This document shows positions 59,547-64,000 of a stretch of 64,000 bases of DNA, piece after piece; positions within the stretch are counted from its first letter, which is position 1; every line of letters starts with the position of its first letter. A model generated the notes under the pieces. It had not been told where the DNA came from. It saw nothing but the letters and a program-made list of their open reading frames with translations, and searched no databases. Source of the DNA: Amoebophrya sp. A120 (lineage: Eukaryota; Protista; Dinoflagellata); contig CAJINV010000016.1 of NCBI GenBank assembly GCA_905178155.1, positions 1,145,386 through 1,209,385 on the forward strand, given 5' to 3'. Made by a program: the position numbers and the translations under genes.

Positions 59547-62500
59547 AGATTAACAAAGCACTGAAAATTCAAATTGATGCGAAATCTAGTCGTATGATTA
59601 TATTTTCGACGTCGAAAAGGTTACTTAAAAATTCTTTGCTCTTGTACACAGGATCATCCTTGCAATGATCTCTGCGCATTGTCCTTTTAAAAGACTTTGT
59701 AGTCGTGCTCCACTTCTCCACTTGAATCCCAGCCTGGATTGATGCGAGCGTGACACCACGCTGGATTCGATGAGAAGTAACCTTCGGATGATGTCTTCAG
59801 GCCTTTTATTTTGAAATTCTTGTCCCTTGTTGGTTTCAACATTCAAAAACCGCTGCTGGGACATCTTCGTTCACGACAACAGCAGCGCCAGTCATTTCTG
59901 ATGTACAGTACCCTATGCAGGTGGTGGTTGGGATTGCTGCAGCATGCACCTCCATTAAGAGAGAGGTCATGCTTGCAGTATGTAGTTCATTCAGGTACTG
60001 TAGGTAGCACGCACCGCTAACGTTGTTTCTTCCACCGCGGCGGGATTCTTTTCAAAGACGGGGAACAACCTACTTACTTAGTTGTGCGCAAGAACTCTGC
60101 ATACAACTACTCTGGCACTTTCGTACGTCGTCTTCATCTTGCATGAAAATAATCTTTTTCAACAGGCCTGTTTTTCTGGCACTGAAAACTGATTTTTTTA
60201 TGTATGTTTGTTATAACAACCAAAGAGTTTTTTGTTTCTCGAAGACCATGCTCTTCGCTACTCGTCCCATCATAGAAACTTGGGAGCATGTCTCGTCAGG
60301 AGGTGAGTCATCTGAGGCGTCTTCGCGTTGTATTATATTTAGTTTTCAATTGGAGATAGTCATTTGGATAATGTGGAAAGGTGGCGAGGACTTGTTGCGA
60401 TTGATTGGGCTCTTACCACGATTTTGGTGTGCTCGATGGTGGAACGCGCAGTTTTCGAGACCTTTCTGATTCTGATTCTGATGCTGTTAGTTGTAGCTCC
60501 TGTTGACTCTCCACAGTGAATCAACCCCAGCAATGAATCAGATGCAATTGGCCGCAGTCACTTTCCGCATTCCGAAAATACTTCTTCGCTTCAGGATGCA
60601 CAAGCATTCGGATGACAGATTTTTTTCTGATAATTTGTTGCACATCAACTAAGTATAGTCATAGCTGCAATAGATGAAAAAAAACTGCAACTGTATCATT
60701 GATTTTTACATCGTTCTTTTTTCTTTTGGTCTTGTAGTCACTATAGATGGTTCTTCAGTAGTTGAAAACTAAAACTTATTTGAGAATTTTTTTGCATCCT
60801 CGCGAAGCTCGATTGAGAAGTCAAATTACATACATGCGAAATGAAATTATGTTGCAGGTGAGATATTGCATCAAATAATAACCTTTGATTTTCACTTCAT
60901 CGCAAAAACGAAATAGCAGCGCCCGCTTTGTACTAGCCGCCTCGCGTTTACTTATGATCCATTCGCGTAAGACTAAGAAAAAAGAAACATTCTTCTTGTG
61001 AGATGATAATATTAGTACCCCACCTGCCCCTAGGACATACCCACACTCAATTTTTCTGAGATTGCGGAACAATCGAAAACCTACGCCAGGAGATGAGGGC
61101 AAAGGCAGGCAGCTTGTGGCACGCCTCACGCTCCGCACGGAGGCAAGATGCAAAAATCCGTATTGCGTTTTGTTTTCGAGACAGGAGATGATGAACGAAG
61201 GCCGTTGTTTGCTCTAGAAGTGCACTCCGGCTTTCTTAACATGTTAATATTTTCTTTTTTTTCATTTCGATTTCGAAACACAAGCACCCCGCCCGCAACA
61301 ACAAAGACAAATCCCTCCACTCTAACCTTCTCCTTCTGACACTCAGATCCTGTTGTGTCGGCCTGGCTGAAATTATTGTAAATGGCTACTGGTACAACGA
61401 CCCCATTCGCTGGACTTTATAGATAGCACACCGCCGCTCGTCCATGATCGAGTGGCCAGGGCAAAGGGCAGGCTTGCCTACTAAAATCACAACGGGGCTG
61501 TATTTTTACCGCACGATTTGCAACTCTCGTCGAGCTGGCACCTCCACGTCCACAGGTTTTTCTATTTCTTCATGAAGAACAAATCCTTCTACAACCACAT
61601 TGTCCCCTTTTTTCTAAAAAAATGTATCATGAGGAGTTTTTTCTTCACAATCGTTTTCGTTTCACCATCAGCAGCTACAGCTAGTTCAAGAACTTCTTAC
61701 CAGAAGCGAAAGGCTAAGCGAGCCTTTGACTTCACTCCCACTTAGTAGTACTAGTTGTAGTGTCGAGCAGTGTTTACTACTACAAAATGAACTTATTTTG
61801 ACCACCAGATCTTCTGCGCCGGCGGAGATGGCACGCGTGACACCTCCGTTTGCGTGCGTGTAGTACTGCGGATCATGAATGATATTCCAGCAATAATGTG
61901 ATAAATACTTGCTATCTGTACAACTTGCAAAGCATAAGAAATACAAATGGTTCTTGAGGCGACGACAATTTTGATTTTTATTATGCCATCAAACGGTGCG
62001 GATGAAAGAAAAACCAGACGCGCCGATATGAAAAGTAAATATCATGAAAGGAAGCTGCTGCGTCGGAAGAATTAACGAACTGAAATCTTCACTGCGGATT
62101 CTGATTCAATATTGACATGATTCGAATGCGCAGCAGCAGGTGCTGAACTTTGCGAGGAAGAGGAACAATATGTACTTCTGCTGATCCATGATTTTACTGG
62201 CCCACTTCCACGCCTACTCTGAAGACAGACTTAGACTTTGTTTCATCGGCATTATAATCACAGAAGCAAGAGGACTATACCGAATTTTTCTTTGTCCACT
62301 CGCTGAATGTGAATGATAAAACAAGCAACAGACTCGTCCACTATTACTTATTTTCATCGATGGAGCTTTTGAGTATCGAAGCTTCACTCGATGAGTGCCG
62401 AAGTTGTTGTTCAACACCTTCCTTCGTGGTTCCTTCGTTGTTGCAAGATCGTGCAACCTCCTGTTACGTAATGAGGAACCGACCCTGCTGGTGGCCCCTT

Positions 62501-62783
62501 GGTTCACCACCAACGTAAGCATGTGCATTCATTCATTGTACTCAGCTGGATCTGGAATACGCTAATGCACAATTCTACCTTGTACTTGGACAGGAAATTG
62601 GAAAAAGTAAACGTAAAGATTTACGTTTGCAGTTGCTACTTGATCGTGCTTGTGCTCGTTGTAACCTCAACAAAAGAAATACAAAAATAGAAAACATAGT
62701 GTGCGCAGCCGGAACAAGGTCTTCTTCTCTTCTGTTATTCGATTTTCTTGAAATTGTCCTCTTGCAGGTGGAAGATCAACAAG

Positions 62784-64000
62784 ATGAGCATGAGCCCCAT
62801 CAATGTTCTGGGACCTAGTGGGTCCGCCGAGTTGCTGGCTGCAGGTGGTTCTGGGCGCGGCCGGGGAGCGGCGGCTACTACGGCGGGAGAAGTGCAGCTG
62901 GAGATCGATGGTAGTGATAATATCAAATGTAAAAGTGTCTGGGTCTGGAAGAATCCGAACTTGTGATGCTGCATTTGGATTCCAAAAAAATCTGTATTGC
63001 ATGAGTACCAAAGGGAATGCAATTTTTGCTGCGCTGAGAAGGCATTTGTCATGCGGAATAGGCATCAAGAAGCCCTCAAAAAATCTGTATTGCTAGGGTA
63101 TGCATCACAGACATCATGGCTCATGCAAAACGTGCATGACAAGTGTCAGAATCTTCCAGACCCAGACATTTTTGCAGTTGATAGATAACTATGCGTCGCA
63201 AAATGATGAAGACGAGCAAGAAGAAGTCGAGCGGTTATGAAATGCAAAAGCATCGTACTAGTATGAATCGCATTACAAATTTGCTCAGCATGAAAAATTT
63301 AGTTTGTCATGCTGTTTTACCTTGGGATGGAGATTTGTGATGCATGGCTGCGATTATAATGCACGAGTGCGATACTTTTGCACAGAATAGCGGTTTCAGT
63401 GCAGCAAGTTTGTGAAAATCCTTGGGCTATGGATTGCAAATATGTCTGGGTCTGGATCTGGAAGAAGACAAACTTGTGATGCGCATTTTAGAACACCGAA
63501 AAATCTCTCATGCATAGGTAGCAAAAGCTGCCCACTTTCTGTCACCAAAATGTGGGATTTATCATGCGGATTCGGCATTGCGGAAGCTTCTCGAAACCTG
63601 CGATGCTAGAGCTTCCATGCCAGACCTTCTGCGTCATGCAAAGACAGCATGTCGCTTCCAGACCCAGACACTTTTACACTTGATATGGGCCGGGCATCAT
63701 GGTTTGCCTCGCGGACACCGACGGCCCTTGTCTGGTCACGGCTGGAGAGAGCGGATCGCTGTATGGGTATTCCCTTGTGTCCTGCCAAATTTTGTTAATC
63801 CCCATCCTCTTCGCCGCACAGGAGCTCACGGTGCGACTCTCGCTTTTGACCAACAAGGGGCTCACGGAGCTGATTCGCATCCACTTCGGGGTGTTCTGGG
63901 CCCGGCTCGCGTGCGCCGTGCTCGTGATTACCTATGGTTTGCAAAAGCATTGTAGTTGTACTAGTATAAATTGCATTACCAAGCATTACAAATTAAATTT
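62784..64000 (+). CDS. NRAMP/SLC11 (MntH-related) divalent metal transporter, 5' part, truncated by the window end; four introners
   Basis: Spliced product ...FVKILGPGIMVCLADTDGPCLVTAGESGSLYGYSLVSCQILLIPILFAAQELTVRLSLLTNKGLTELIRIHFG... fits the NRAMP TM1-TM3 pattern GPG...D...YGY.L...QE...RL...T.KGL..LIR..FG. Confidence 0.85.
62921..63183. mobile_element. TAT...ATA introner, family A
   Basis: Family A TIRs; TSD GATAA. Confidence 0.92.
63236..63389. mobile_element. TAT...ATA introner, family B
   Basis: Family B TIRs; TSD GCGGT. Confidence 0.92.
63428..63685. mobile_element. TAT...ATA introner, family A
   Basis: Family A TIRs; TSD TGGGC. Confidence 0.92.
63933..64000. mobile_element. Family B introner, truncated by the window end
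   Basis: TATGGTTTGCAAAAGCATTG... left TIR only. Confidence 0.75.

Noticed and set aside
59600-62700. Short ORFs on both strands
   Set aside because: No recognisable domains or frame-consistent splicing; treated as intergenic.
3464-63685. Recurrent peptides in the ORF track (IKCKNVWVWK, YQMQKCLGLE, LPDPDIFAFD, FQTQTFLHLI, CKSIVLV) suggesting a repeat-protein family
   Set aside because: They are translations of the family A and B TIRs in different frames and strands, not proteins.
1376-64000. Ciliate-type internal eliminated sequences (TA-bounded, pointer repeats) as the explanation
   Set aside because: Gene architecture, moderate GC and use of TAA, TAG and TGA as stops do not fit a typical ciliate germline. 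DNA-level excision cannot be formally excluded from sequence alone but is less parsimonious.

Overview
Eukaryotic genomic DNA with ten protein-coding genes, all on the + strand. The genes are broken up by 56 short TIR elements (55 complete, 1 cut by the window end). Almost all start with TAT, end with ATA and are flanked by a 5-bp direct repeat (target-site duplication, TSD). Removing each element plus one TSD copy restores the reading frame at every coding junction I checked by hand. It also rebuilds recognisable domains: a histidine phosphatase (RHG motif), a calmodulin-like EF-hand protein, a FkbM methyltransferase, an atypical NRAMP/SLC11 transporter, and a ~3,750-aa Q/G/H-rich protein spread over 22.5 kb. 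The elements therefore behave as non-canonical (non GT-AG) transposon-derived introns ('introners'). This matches what has been described for the parasitic dinoflagellate Amoebophrya (Syndiniales); the taxon is an inference. Notable points: the same subfamily occurs in both orientations inside genes; seven TIR families share an internal TGTVATGC octamer; a 1,776-bp member with 62-bp TIRs and a central inverted repeat is a candidate decayed master element; three larger elements (Helitron-like, MULE/Foldback-like, and an unclassified 2.97-kb insert) are nested inside introners; and the large inserts show a strong GC/homopolymer compositional shift. No rRNA, tRNA or CRISPR array was found. All coordinates and splice reconstructions were done by hand, without RNA evidence.
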